Below, piece by piece: positions 51,138 through 60,683 of a stretch of DNA of 64,000 nt; the first letter of the stretch is position 1, and each line of letters opens with the position of its first letter. The notes beneath the pieces are model-generated. The model saw only the letters and a list, made by a program, of their open reading frames with translations, was not told the DNA's origin and searched no databases. Origin of the DNA: Deltaproteobacteria bacterium (lineage in GTDB: Bacteria > Myxococcota > JACRCW01); NCBI GenBank assembly GCA_016218805.1, contig JACRCW010000159.1:1-64000 (forward strand), read 5' to 3'. The translations under genes were made by a program, and so were the position numbers.

Positions 51138-51521
51138 ATGAGCGAGGCGGTGACCCAGGGAATACGCGTGCGGGTAAGGTCCGAATACCGGCCGGAGCGT
51201 TCCCACCCGGCGCGGAAGCAGTATTTCTTCGCCTACACCGTCCGCATCCTCAACGAGAGCGAGCGCACCGTGCAGCTGGTGGCCCGCCACTGGATCATCA
51301 CGGATGCACACGGGCGCGCCGAGGAAGTGCGCGGCCCCGGCGTGGTGGGGGAGCAGCCGGTGCTGCGTCCGGGCGGGAGCTTTGAGTACACCTCCGGGTG
51401 CCCGCTGCCCACGGAGTTTGGGACCATGCACGGGACCTACCAGATGCGCTGCACGGACGGCGCGGAGTTTGACGCCGTCATTGCGCCGTTCCGGCTGGCG
51501 CTGCCCAACGCGGTGAACTGA
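51138..51521 (+). CDS. apaG: ApaG
   Basis: FAYTVRI.N, RHWIITD, GPGVVGEQP, FEYTSGCPL, GTMHGTY. Confidence 0.93.
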   Translation: MSEAVTQGIRVRVRSEYRPERSHPARKQYFFAYTVRILNESERTVQLVARHWIITDAHGRAEEVRGPGVVGEQPVLRPGGSFEYTSGCPLPTEFGTMHGTYQMRCTDGAEFDAVIAPFRLALPNAVN

Positions 51522-51573
51522 GGCGGCCGCCGTGGGTTCGGCCGTGGCCGCCGCGTGCGAGCACCCCTGACCC

Positions 51574-51744
51574 TCACCCCTGTTTGCGCGAGCGCCATAT
51601 CTGCGAGGCGCCCCAGCCGGCCATCACCACGCCCACCACGGTGAGCGCGGTGGTGCTCTGCGTCCCGAAGAGCACCAGCTTCCCGCTGAGCCCCCCCACA
51701 ATGAATCCGATGCCGAACACGAGGTTCCAGATCCCGGCGCCCAT
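51574..51744 (-). CDS. Small two-TM membrane protein
   Basis: GGGAG RBS, two hydrophobic helices, GGLSGKLVLFGT. Confidence 0.65.
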   Translation of the reverse strand: MGAGIWNLVFGIGFIVGGLSGKLVLFGTQSTTALTVVGVVMAGWGASQIWRSRKQG

Positions 51745-51773
51745 GAGCACTCCCGTCGTCAATCCTGCGCGTA

Positions 51774-52469
51774 TCACGGCCCCGCGGCCGCCTCCAGCCG
51801 GCGCCCCAGCGCGCGCGCCAGCGCGGGTGCCAGCGTGTCCATCACGGCGTCCATGGGGGGTGTGCGCGCGCCCAGGCGTGCCTGCAGGCTGGTGACGCCG
51901 CGGTGCTGCAGCCCGCACGGCACCACCAGCGAAAACACCGACAGGTCCGTGGTGACGTTGAACGCCAGCCCATGGCTCGTGACAAACCGCGTCCCCTTCA
52001 CGCCCACCGCGCAGATCTTCTCCATGCGGCCGCCGGGCGCGGGCGGGTCCAGGAACACGCCGCTCTCACCGGGGATGCGCTGTCCCGCCAGGCCCAGCCC
52101 CGCCATGACGTCCAGGACGGCCTGCTCCAGCGCGCGCACGTAACGGGGGAGGTCGCGTTCCTCGCCCTCCAGCTTCACAATGGGATAGGCCACCAGCTGC
52201 CCCGGCGCGTGCACGGTGACGTCGCCACCGCGGTCCACTTCAACCAGGTCAATCCCGCGTGCGGCCAGCAGCGCGTCGGTAGCCAGCACGTTGGTGCGGC
52301 CCCAGCGGCGCGTGATGGTGATGACGGCGGGGTGTTCCAGCAACAACAGCGTGTCGGGAATGACGTCGTCCTGGCGCTGGTCGCGCAGCTGCTTCTGCAG
52401 GTCAAAGGCGTCCCGGTACGGCACGGTCCCCAGCTTCCGCAGCCGGAGCACGGGTGCGGGGTCAGACAT
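51774..52469 (-). CDS. lipB: Lipoyl(octanoyl) transferase
   Basis: LLEHP, DRGGDVT.H.PGQLV.YP, KICAVG, HGLAFN, VPCGL. Confidence 0.92.
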   Translation of the reverse strand: MSDPAPVLRLRKLGTVPYRDAFDLQKQLRDQRQDDVIPDTLLLLEHPAVITITRRWGRTNVLATDALLAARGIDLVEVDRGGDVTVHAPGQLVAYPIVKLEGEERDLPRYVRALEQAVLDVMAGLGLAGQRIPGESGVFLDPPAPGGRMEKICAVGVKGTRFVTSHGLAFNVTTDLSVFSLVVPCGLQHRGVTSLQARLGARTPPMDAVMDTLAPALARALGRRLEAAAGP

Positions 52470-55374
52470 GCTCCACCACGTCCACGCAGCGTGCGCACAG
52501 CAGCGGGTGCTGCGCGTGTGTGCCCACCGACGGGGAGTGCAGCCAACAGCGCGTGCACCGTGCGCCCGCGGCCGGCTCCACGCGGATGCGAAGGCCCTGC
52601 ACGGTGGCAGCGTCCTGGAACGTGTCATCCCGGACCTGCTCCAGCAGCTCCACCTGGCTGGCCAGCAGCAGGCCGGGCAGCTCGTCACTCAGGCCGTTGA
52701 GGAAGTCCCGCAGCTCAAACGGGCAGCTCAACAGCACCGCGGCCTCCGCGCTGTGGTGTCCTTGGGCGCGGAACGCTTCCAGCGCCTTCTGCACGTCCTG
52801 CCGCACGCGCAACACGCGCTCAAACGTCGACAGCACCGTGGCGCGGTCCGCGCGGTCGTACCCGTCGGCCGGCGCGGGCAGCTCCGCCAGATGCACGGAG
52901 CCGGCGCGCTTGGGGTCGGGCGGCAGCGCGTCCCAGGCCTCTTCGCAGGTGAACGGCAGGATGGGCGCCGCCAGCGCACACAGCCCACGCGTGATGAGGT
53001 ACAGCGCCGTCTGCGCCGAACGCCGGCGCGCGCTGGTGGTGGCGTCGCAGTACAGCGTGTCCTTCTGCACGTCCAGATAGAACGACGACAGGTCCCCGGA
53101 GATGAACTCGTTCACCGCGTGGATGACCTGGTGGAACTCGTAGGCCTCGTACGCGGCGCGCACGCGCACCACCAGGTCCGTGAAGCGCGCCAGGATGTAG
53201 CGGTCCAGCGGCGGCAGTCCCTCCCGCGGCACCAGGTCCCGCGCCGGATCAAAGTCCGATGGATGCACGTTCCCCAGCATGAACCGCAGCGTGTTGCGGA
53301 ACTTGCGGTAGCCCTCGGACAGGCGCGCCAGGATGGTGCGGCTGATGCGGATGTCTCCCGTGTAGTCCGTGGCTGCCACCCACAGGCGCAACAGTTCCGC
53401 CCCGTGTTCCGCAATCACCTCGTCAGGCGGGATGTAGTTGGCGGAGCTCTTGGAATACTTGTGTCCCTTCCCGTCCACCACAAACCCGTGCGTGAGCACC
53501 GTGCGGTACGGCACCAGGTGACGCGCGCCCACGGCAATGAGCAGCGTGGAGTGGAACCAGCCGCGGTGCTGGTCGCTCCCCTCCAGGTACAGGTCCGCGG
53601 GCAGCGAGACGTGCCGCCAACGGCCGGACCCGCACACAGCGGCGTAGGACGCGCCGGATTCAAACCACACGTCCAGGATGTCCTGCTCCGGGCGGAAGCT
53701 GGTGCCGCCGCAGCCGCTGCAGGTCATCCCCGCCGGGTGCAGCTCGGCGGGCGCGCGCGTCCACCACGCGTCGGCGCCTTCGCGTTCAAACAACGCAGCC
53801 ACGTGTTCCATCACCTCACGCGTGGCCGTGGAGCGGCCGCAGCCCGTGCAGTGGAACGCCGGGATGGGGACGCCCCACACGCGCTGGCGGCTGATGCACC
53901 AGTCCGGCCGCGCCTGCAGCATCCCGCGGATGCGCTGGATGCCCCATGACGGGACCCAGCTCACCCCGGGCAGCGCGTCCAGCGCGGCCTGCCGCAATCC
54001 GGACGCTTCCATGGAGATGAACCACTGCTCCGTCGCGCGGAAGATGACCGGGTTCTTGCAGCGCCAGCAGTGCGGGTAGTCGTGCTCCACGCGCGCATCC
54101 GGACTGCCCAGCAGCATCCCGCGCTCCGCCAGCAGGCGCATCACCGCGGCGTTGCCGGATGGCCGGCCGCCACGGGACTGCACCACGTGCAGACCGGTCA
54201 GCGCCGGCTCCCGCGCCGCAGCGGTGAACAACCCATCCGCATCCACCGGCGTGGCAATCTCCAGGCCCACCTGCCGCCCCAGCACAAAATCCTCCGGCCC
54301 GTGCCCCGGCGCCGTGTGCACCAGCCCCGTGCCCTGGTCCGCTTTCACGCCCTCTGAGCGGATGAACGGGACGCGCAGCCCGGGCAGGAACGGGTGATCC
54401 GCGCCCAGCGTGTTGCGCCCATCCGGCGAGCACACCGCCCCCAGTTCCACCGGAATCCCGTCAACAAGCTGCGCGCCCGTGGCGGCCTCCACCGCCGCGC
54501 GCATCCGCTCCGCCACGATGTAGCGGCCCGCCCGCCCGTCCACGCGCCACGCGCGGTAGCCGAACGTGTCATCCCCGACGGCAATGGCGCGGTTGGCCGG
54601 CAGCGTCCAGGGCGTGGTGGTCCAGACCAGCGCGCTCACCCGTTCGGTGGCCAGCGCGGGGTTGAGCGCCACGCGCGTGGCGTCATCCGTGACGGGGAAG
54701 GCCACAAACGCGGACGGCGAGTGCAGCACCTGGTGCTCCACCTCCGCCTCCGCCAGCGCCGTGCGGCAGCTCCAGCACCAGTGCACCGGCTTGGTGCCCT
54801 TGTAGAGCGTGCGCCCGTCGGCAAACCGCGCCAGTTCGCGGATCACGGAGGCTTCGTAGGTGGGATCCAGTGTGCGGTACGGCGCGTCCCACTGCGCAAA
54901 CACGCCCAGGCGGCGGAACTGCTCGCGCTGCACGCCCATCCACTTCTCCGCCTCCTGGCGGCACCGTGCGCGCACCTCCAGGCGCGGGAGCGTGGCCTTC
55001 TCATCAGGCGAAAGCGCACGGTCCACGTTGAGCTCAATGGGAAGGCCGTGGCAGTCCCAGCCGGGGACCAGGTTGCACAGCCACCCGGTCATGTTCCGGT
55101 ACTTGGCCACAATGTCCTTCAACGTCTTGTTGAGGATGTGGCCGTGGTGGATGTTGCCGTTGGCGTAGGGCGGCCCGTCGTGGAGGACAAACAGCTTCCC
55201 CGCCCGGTTCTTCTCCAGCACGCGCGCGTACAGGTCCGTGCGCTCCCAGTGCGCCAGCAGCCGCGGCTCCAATTGCGGGAGGTTGGCCTTCATGGGGAAG
55301 TCCGTGCGCGGCAGCCGCACCGTGTCACGGTATCCGCCCGCGGCCACCGCGGGTGCCTGTGCGTCCGTAGTCAC
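52462..55374 (-). CDS. ileS: Isoleucine--tRNA ligase (type 1)
   Basis: DGPPYANG.IHHGH, GWDCHGLP, WTTTPWT, WCISRQR.WG, EGSDQHRGW, KYSKS, C-terminal zinc finger; GTG start with GGAGG. Confidence 0.96.
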   Translation of the reverse strand: MTTDAQAPAVAAGGYRDTVRLPRTDFPMKANLPQLEPRLLAHWERTDLYARVLEKNRAGKLFVLHDGPPYANGNIHHGHILNKTLKDIVAKYRNMTGWLCNLVPGWDCHGLPIELNVDRALSPDEKATLPRLEVRARCRQEAEKWMGVQREQFRRLGVFAQWDAPYRTLDPTYEASVIRELARFADGRTLYKGTKPVHWCWSCRTALAEAEVEHQVLHSPSAFVAFPVTDDATRVALNPALATERVSALVWTTTPWTLPANRAIAVGDDTFGYRAWRVDGRAGRYIVAERMRAAVEAATGAQLVDGIPVELGAVCSPDGRNTLGADHPFLPGLRVPFIRSEGVKADQGTGLVHTAPGHGPEDFVLGRQVGLEIATPVDADGLFTAAAREPALTGLHVVQSRGGRPSGNAAVMRLLAERGMLLGSPDARVEHDYPHCWRCKNPVIFRATEQWFISMEASGLRQAALDALPGVSWVPSWGIQRIRGMLQARPDWCISRQRVWGVPIPAFHCTGCGRSTATREVMEHVAALFEREGADAWWTRAPAELHPAGMTCSGCGGTSFRPEQDILDVWFESGASYAAVCGSGRWRHVSLPADLYLEGSDQHRGWFHSTLLIAVGARHLVPYRTVLTHGFVVDGKGHKYSKSSANYIPPDEVIAEHGAELLRLWVAATDYTGDIRISRTILARLSEGYRKFRNTLRFMLGNVHPSDFDPARDLVPREGLPPLDRYILARFTDLVVRVRAAYEAYEFHQVIHAVNEFISGDLSSFYLDVQKDTLYCDATTSARRRSAQTALYLITRGLCALAAPILPFTCEEAWDALPPDPKRAGSVHLAELPAPADGYDRADRATVLSTFERVLRVRQDVQKALEAFRAQGHHSAEAAVLLSCPFELRDFLNGLSDELPGLLLASQVELLEQVRDDTFQDAATVQGLRIRVEPAAGARCTRCWLHSPSVGTHAQHPLLCARCVDVVEHV

Positions 55375-55669
55375 GGAGACCTCCCGCGCGGCGCCGTAGC
55401 GGGGCGCGTTCGTCGGGGTCAAGGCCGGGCGGGGCTCTGGCGCGCGGGCCGCGCGGGCTATCTTGTGCGGATGCGCACTGCGTCACTGTTCCCGCTGCTG
55501 CTTTGCACCGTCACGGCGCGCGCGGACTTCCGCGACGACCCGGAGCGCGCCCCTCGCGTGAAGGCCGCACGGCAGCGCGCCACCGACGTCATCCAGGGCC
55601 ACTACCGGGCCGCCGGCGTGGCCTACCCCGGCCGCGTGCACCTGCGCGCGTTCAAGGGTGAAGGCGTGG
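55304..55669 (+). repeat. Left copy of a 366-bp direct repeat (ileS 5' end, divergent promoter, transpeptidase 5' end)
   Basis: Matches 56498-56862 with about 11 substitutions and 1 indel (manual count). Confidence 0.95.
55393..55422 (-). promoter_or_regulatory. Possible sigma70 promoter of ileS
   Basis: TTGACC-N18-TACGGC on the minus strand; duplicated in the right repeat copy. Confidence 0.4.
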
Positions 55670-55698
55670 CGACCGTGATCATCGGCCCGGGTGGGTGA
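55471..55698 (+). pseudogene. Truncated duplicate of the L,D-transpeptidase-family gene
   Basis: Near-identical to 56664 onward up to RAFKGEGV, then diverges and stops. Confidence 0.85.
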
Positions 55699-55710
55699 GA
55701 AGGACCAGTG

Positions 55711-56263
55711 CTATGGGGTCGCGCGTAGGTCGGTGTACTCGGGGTGATGCTCCAACGCGGTCGTGGCTTGAGCGATCCACGTGGGAAGTGCGCCGTAGAC
55801 CTTGCGCAACTGGCCGTCCTGGGTGCGCGCACACAAGCGCGCGTCCGTGCCATCCACCGAGTTGTCGTAGATGTAGACGCGGTTGGCATGCCGCCGGCAA
55901 GTTGGCGAGTGACCGGGTCCAACGGGTGACGATCTTGTCGATGGGCACCGTGTGCCCGCCCTCGATGACGCGTGCCGTCACGCGCGCGGCGTTGATGGTG
56001 GGGTCGGACGTTCCGATGAAGAACACGCGGACGAAGTAGCCCGCAGCGCGGCACGCCTCGACGAACGCGACCTTGTCGCGGGTCGAGAACACGGTTCAAA
56101 CGCCAGGCTCGCACCCGCGGCGCGCAGTTCTTCGCGCCGGGCGGTGGTCCACTGCGCAGCGCGCATCACCGCCTCCGGCGAGTTCCAGTCTCCGAAGCGG
56201 TCACGGGACCGTTGTCTTGCCCGCGCCGTTGGGCCCTGCCACCACCGGCAGGACGGGGCTCAT
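55711..56263 (-). pseudogene. Zeta-toxin-like P-loop ATPase, disrupted
   Basis: VAGPNGAGKTT, FGDWNS, AFE/TVFS, RV..GGH.VP.DKI..R, YDNS split across three frame changes. Confidence 0.85.
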
Positions 56264-56457
56264 GCGCGGCGGTCACCCAGAGGGGAGGGCGCGTCCACCG
56301 CGTTCGCGTCGGCAAGGCGGCGGACCTCCGCGTACAGCCGTTGCAGGGCGGCCTGGTGGCGCGCAGTGACGTCGGCAAAGGCTTCGTGTGACAACTCCAC
56401 GAGTTCCTCGTCCGTTGGCTCGTAAGCGGGGTCGGCGAAATTCGTCTTGCGCGACAT
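56260..56457 (-). CDS. Small putative antitoxin
   Basis: 65 aa, EPTDEEL..L motif, ATGA overlap with the ATPase gene. Confidence 0.65.
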   Translation of the reverse strand: MSRKTNFADPAYEPTDEELVELSHEAFADVTARHQAALQRLYAEVRRLADANAVDAPSPLGDRRA

Positions 56458-56497
56458 GGCGCCATCGTAGTGCGCCGCCCGTCGTGGCACCAGCCCG

Positions 56498-56862
56498 GTG
56501 CGCGGCACCGCACGGCGTCCCGGTATCCGCCCGCGGGCGCCGCGGGTGCCTGTGCCTCCGTAGTCACGGAGACCTCCCGCGCGGCGCCGTAGCGGGGCGC
56601 GTTCGTCGGGGTCAAGGCCGGGCGGGGCTCTGGCGCGCGGGCCGCGCGGGCTATCTTGTGTGGATGCGCGCCGCGTCACTGTTCCCGCTGCTGCTTTGCA
56701 CCGTCACGGCGCGCGCGGACTTCCGCGACGACCAGGAGCGCGCCCCCCGCGTGAAGGCCGCACGGCAGCGCGCCACCGACGTCATCCAGGGCCACTACCG
56801 GGCCGCCGGCGTGGCCTACCCCGGCCGCGTGCACCTGCGCGCGTTCAAGGGTGAAGGCGTGG
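56498..56862 (+). repeat. Right copy of the 366-bp direct repeat
   Basis: Contains a truncated ileS start and the intact transpeptidase start. Confidence 0.95.
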
Positions 56863-57395
56863 TGGAACTGTGGGCCGGACCCGACGGCCAGGAACTCAAG
56901 CGCGTGCGGTCTTTTGCGGTGTGCGCGCGCAGCGGCGGCCTGGGGCCCAAGCGCAAGGAGGGGGACGGCCAGGTACCGGAGGGGTTCTACCAAGTGGACC
57001 GGTTCAACCCATACTCCAACTTCCACCTCTCGCTCGGCGTGAGCTACCCCAACGCGGCGGACCGCGTGCGCAACAAGGGCAACCGCCTGGGCGGGGACAT
57101 CTTTGTGCACGGCAACTGCGTGACCATTGGGTGCCTGCCGCTGCGGGACGGGCCCATTGAGGAACTCTACGTGGCGGTGCTGGACGCGCGGCTGGGCGGG
57201 CAGAAGTCCATCCCCGTGCACATCTTCCCGCACCGCATGGATGATGAGGGCATGAAGTGGCTGCGCGCGTTGGGCCCGGATGACGCGTTGTGGGCGTTCT
57301 GGGAGGAACTGCGGCCCGGGTATGATGCGTTCGAACGGACGCACCGCGTGCCGCGCGTCGTCGTGGACCGGGCGGGACACTACGTCGTGAGATAG
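56664..57395 (+). CDS. L,D-transpeptidase (YkuD) family protein, YafK/DpaA-like
   Basis: SGGLGPKRKEGDGQVPEGFY, FNP.S.FHLS..YPN, GGDIFVHGNCVTIGC. Confidence 0.88.
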   Translation: MRAASLFPLLLCTVTARADFRDDQERAPRVKAARQRATDVIQGHYRAAGVAYPGRVHLRAFKGEGVVELWAGPDGQELKRVRSFAVCARSGGLGPKRKEGDGQVPEGFYQVDRFNPYSNFHLSLGVSYPNAADRVRNKGNRLGGDIFVHGNCVTIGCLPLRDGPIEELYVAVLDARLGGQKSIPVHIFPHRMDDEGMKWLRALGPDDALWAFWEELRPGYDAFERTHRVPRVVVDRAGHYVVR

Positions 57396-57425
57396 CCGCT
57401 GTCGTCGAGGGTGACCGCGGGGCGT

Positions 57426-57450
57426 GGCTCGGCAGGAGCCTCGCCCTCCC
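57426..57450. repeat. Single REP-like palindrome GGCTCGGCAGGAGCCTCGCCCTCCC
   Basis: GGCTC/GAGCC stem between convergent genes; resembles a RAYT-type REP from memory only. Confidence 0.35.
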
Positions 57451-57460
57451 AGGCACACCA

Positions 57461-58333
57461 CTACTTCTCGGGCGGGTACTCGTAGAAGCCCGCGCCCGTC
57501 TTCCGGCCCAGCTTCCCCGCACGCACCAGGCGGCGGAGGATCTGCGGCGGACGGAACTGCTCGCCCACCTCGCGCCACAGGTGGTCCGCAATGGCCAGCC
57601 GCACGTCCAGCCCCACAAGGTCCGTCAGCTTCAGCGGCCCCATGGGGTGCCGGTACCCAAGCTCCATCGCGCGGTCTATGTCCTCCGGCGACGCCACACC
57701 CTCCTCCACCATGCGCATGGCCTCCAACCCCAGGATGATCCCCAGCCGCGAGCTGGCGAACCCCGGGCTGTCCCGCACCACAATGGCCTCCTTGCCCAAC
57801 CGCTTCACCAAATCCTTCGCCGCCGCCACCGTGGCGTCGTCGGTGCGTTCGCCGCGAACCACTTCCACCAGCTGCATCACCGGCACCGGGTTGAAGAAGT
57901 GCATGCCCACGCAGCGGCCCGGCTTCTGCAACGCGCTCCCCACCTGCGTGATGGACAGACTGGAGGTGTTCGTCGCCAGGATTGCGCGCTCGCTGATCAC
58001 CTTCTCCGCCGCCGCGAACAACCGCTGCTTGGCGCCCATGTCCTCGACGATCGCCTCCACCACCAGGTCCGCGCCTTCGCATGCGGCACGCACGTCAGTC
58101 GTCGTACGGAAGCGGCCGCGCGCGGCTTCCAGGTCTGCCGCGGACAGCTTGCCCTTCTCCGCCGCCTTGGCCAGGCCGCCCAGCACCTTCTGCTTGCCGC
58201 TCTCCAGCCGGCCTGCGTCCTCTTCCATGCCGCTGACGGTGAAGCCCGCCTGCAGCAGCACCTGCGCAATGCCGCTTCCCATGGTTCCCAGTCCCATCAC
58301 CGCTGCGCGTTCCATTTCTGCCTCCGCCGTCAT
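57461..58333 (-). CDS. 3-hydroxyacyl/3-hydroxybutyryl-CoA dehydrogenase
   Basis: GLGTMGSGIA, VEAIVE, ATNTSSL, GMHFFNP, HPMGPL..D.VGLD. Confidence 0.92.
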   Translation of the reverse strand: MTAEAEMERAAVMGLGTMGSGIAQVLLQAGFTVSGMEEDAGRLESGKQKVLGGLAKAAEKGKLSAADLEAARGRFRTTTDVRAACEGADLVVEAIVEDMGAKQRLFAAAEKVISERAILATNTSSLSITQVGSALQKPGRCVGMHFFNPVPVMQLVEVVRGERTDDATVAAAKDLVKRLGKEAIVVRDSPGFASSRLGIILGLEAMRMVEEGVASPEDIDRAMELGYRHPMGPLKLTDLVGLDVRLAIADHLWREVGEQFRPPQILRRLVRAGKLGRKTGAGFYEYPPEK

Positions 58334-58394
58334 TGTGGCGGGCGCGGTGTGACGCCGTGGCGTGGCCGCGTCAAGGCCCGGTGATGCCGCGCGC
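58317..58394 (+). repeat. Left copy of a 78-bp direct repeat (dehydrogenase start and promoter)
   Basis: Matches 59972-60049 with 5 mismatches (manual count). Confidence 0.92.
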
Positions 58395-58559
58395 CACCCG
58401 CTGGGCAAATTGGGGCGGGGACCTTCCGGGTCACCTCCATGACGACACGCGCAGCACGCGAAGGCCCAACGACACCCAGCGACGACGAGACGGACGACCC
58501 ACGTGCGCCTTGCCGGAGGGAGTGCGGCGGCGCAGGATTGCGGGGGGGGATAGCCCTGC

Positions 58560-59963
58560 ATGGACACGACAGCGATTCCAGGACGACGGATGGGCCCACT
58601 TTCCGGTGCTGAAGGAGCGCGTGGTCAACCGGGCACCCGGGTGGGCGGCCTGCCACGCCAACGAGCACGCCTGGTCACGTGCATCACCGCTGCGCTGTGT
58701 TGCATGGGGGAGGACTGTGGCGACGAAGGGGTCACCAACACGGTGATACACGGTGATGGGACGATCGAGCGCTCGGTGGTGCAACGGCGGGTTGCGTTTC
58801 CCGTAGACCCCGCGTCCGCGGGTTGGCAGCAGATTCGGAACAATGCGACTCCCGCGGACGCTGAGGCGAGTTGGCGGTCCCCGCAGAAGCCTCTTCAGGA
58901 AACGAATCTATTTGGCGTCCGGGGGCGCTTCTCCCGCGCCGAAGACATTCCGGCGCACACGCGACTCGCGAACGGGAGTGCGTATCCTGTTCGACGGAAG
59001 TACCAGCGGCGGGCGTTGGTGTTTGCATGGGAACACTCGTGGACAGAGACCTTTCCCCAGACGCGTCGCCTGTCGGCAGCCTTGGAGGCTGCGGAAATCA
59101 TGTACGACGACCGCGTGTGGGAGAATGAAGTACTTTTCGATGAGGTGTACGGGCGCGTTTGTGATGCATCTCCCTTCTATCGGTGGGCTCGCACCGAAGG
59201 GCGCACGTGGGTGCTTGAGTTGACAACCGCGCTCCTTGTCGCGGACTTTGACCCGCTTTCCGAAGCGTTTCTCGACGAGTACTTGGCCATTGCGCGGAAG
59301 CACGGGTTTGACCCCAGTGCGCAAGGTCCGTTCAAAGACGCATGGTGGCACCCCGTTTCCCGTTTCGCCCGGACCAGGTTTCTCGCGCTGGCCCGCCCGC
59401 GCGGAGACGCCGGACCCGTGTCAGAGGAGATGGCCTCGCTGGCAGTGGGGGAAGCGGAGGAACCGGACGGTGGGCCGATTGCGGACGCGAGGAAACGTGT
59501 CACGGCACGATTCGGCTCACCTCTTGGCTCCATTCGAGAGGAACCCTGGGCGCGACTCACTGGAGATCTCGCCTCTTCTCCGTCGACAACGGACACGCTC
59601 ACCATGCCGGGAATTGTCGTTGAATCAACCGGTGAGCAGATTGCGCCCAATCGGGTTCGCTGGCGAAGCGGGCGCAAGGAAGCGTGGAGCGCGCGCGGGC
59701 TGACCCTGGCCGCGACCTCCCTTGAACCCTCCGTCTCCGCACAGCGTGCCATGGGCGTGAAGATCACCACGCACGAAGACCTGGTGCGATGGCGCGACCT
59801 CTACAATGCGCTCGGGGAAGAAGACGCCGCACGCGTCGTGCAATCGGTGAAGCAACGTTCGCGCAGACCGTTGCTGGAGTGGTGGCGGTCTCCTGCTTGC
59901 GCGCGTGTGCCAGAAGTGGGTGCGGTCCTGGGCTTCCTGAAGTGGAAGCCTGGCCCCAGGTAG
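58560..59963 (+). CDS. Hypothetical protein of foreign composition, possibly exported
   Basis: 467-aa ORF, many A/T-ending codons and TCGA sites; start uncertain. Confidence 0.65.
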   Translation: MDTTAIPGRRMGPLSGAEGARGQPGTRVGGLPRQRARLVTCITAALCCMGEDCGDEGVTNTVIHGDGTIERSVVQRRVAFPVDPASAGWQQIRNNATPADAEASWRSPQKPLQETNLFGVRGRFSRAEDIPAHTRLANGSAYPVRRKYQRRALVFAWEHSWTETFPQTRRLSAALEAAEIMYDDRVWENEVLFDEVYGRVCDASPFYRWARTEGRTWVLELTTALLVADFDPLSEAFLDEYLAIARKHGFDPSAQGPFKDAWWHPVSRFARTRFLALARPRGDAGPVSEEMASLAVGEAEEPDGGPIADARKRVTARFGSPLGSIREEPWARLTGDLASSPSTTDTLTMPGIVVESTGEQIAPNRVRWRSGRKEAWSARGLTLAATSLEPSVSAQRAMGVKITTHEDLVRWRDLYNALGEEDAARVVQSVKQRSRRPLLEWWRSPACARVPEVGAVLGFLKWKPGPR

Positions 59964-59971
59964 CAGAGCTG

Positions 59972-60049
59972 TCTGCCTCCGCCGTGGTTCTGGCGGGCGC
60001 GGTGTGACGCCGTGGCGTGGCCGCGTCAACGCCCGTTGATGCCGCGCGC
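59972..60049 (+). repeat. Right copy of the 78-bp direct repeat
   Basis: The likely dehydrogenase start codon is mutated in this copy. Confidence 0.92.
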
Positions 60050-60528
60050 GGCCAGGCGTTCCGTCATCTCAGCGAGGTACCGGCCTTGGGGCCGGAATCG
60101 CACAGATTGCACAGCTCAGCCATCCGGAGCGCACGTTGGACGTCGTAGCAGTGGGGCAATGCGGCGGCCGCTACCAGGTGTTTCCGTCGACATACCCATC
60201 CAGCCGCAGGGTGAGAAGCCACCGCGCACCATCTTGTCGACGGATCTCGCCATTCCATCTTCTATCCAGCCGGTGCGCTTGCCGTGGCAGTGGTGGCGGC
60301 CGTAGCACGACGTTGACACCCACCACCCAAGGAGACGCCAGGGCGACCCGTTCGGGCTGTCAAGTTCAACCTCGCCACCGCCATTGCGGCGCTGCCGGAT
60401 GAAGCGCGTCTCAAGGACCCCGGCCTCCGGGCAGACATCTACCGCGGTGAGGCGAGCGCCAGCGCCCTCAACGCCAAGGCGCAGCGCAGCAAGTTCCTCC
60501 CGTGCCGGGGTTCTCCGTCAGCCACGTG

Positions 60529-60683
60529 CGGAACAGCCGCCCCTCCTGGTCAACCAGCGTGAAGACCGGCATGAACGCCACCGCGATGACCAGTGGCGAG
60601 AAGAACACGCCGGGCCCCACCTCCAGCAGTGCCTCCAGTCTCACGTCGTGGAAATCACCCATACGGCCCCCGGCAATCCAATG
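60529..60683 (-). pseudogene. Fragment of a CusA/CzcA RND efflux permease
   Basis: EALLEVGPGVFFS.LVIAVAFMPVFTLVDQEGRLFR. Confidence 0.75.

Noticed and set aside
55670..60310. attC sites in the second and third inserts
   Set aside because: Isolated GCCCAAC and GTTGGAC words without a matching partner or palindrome
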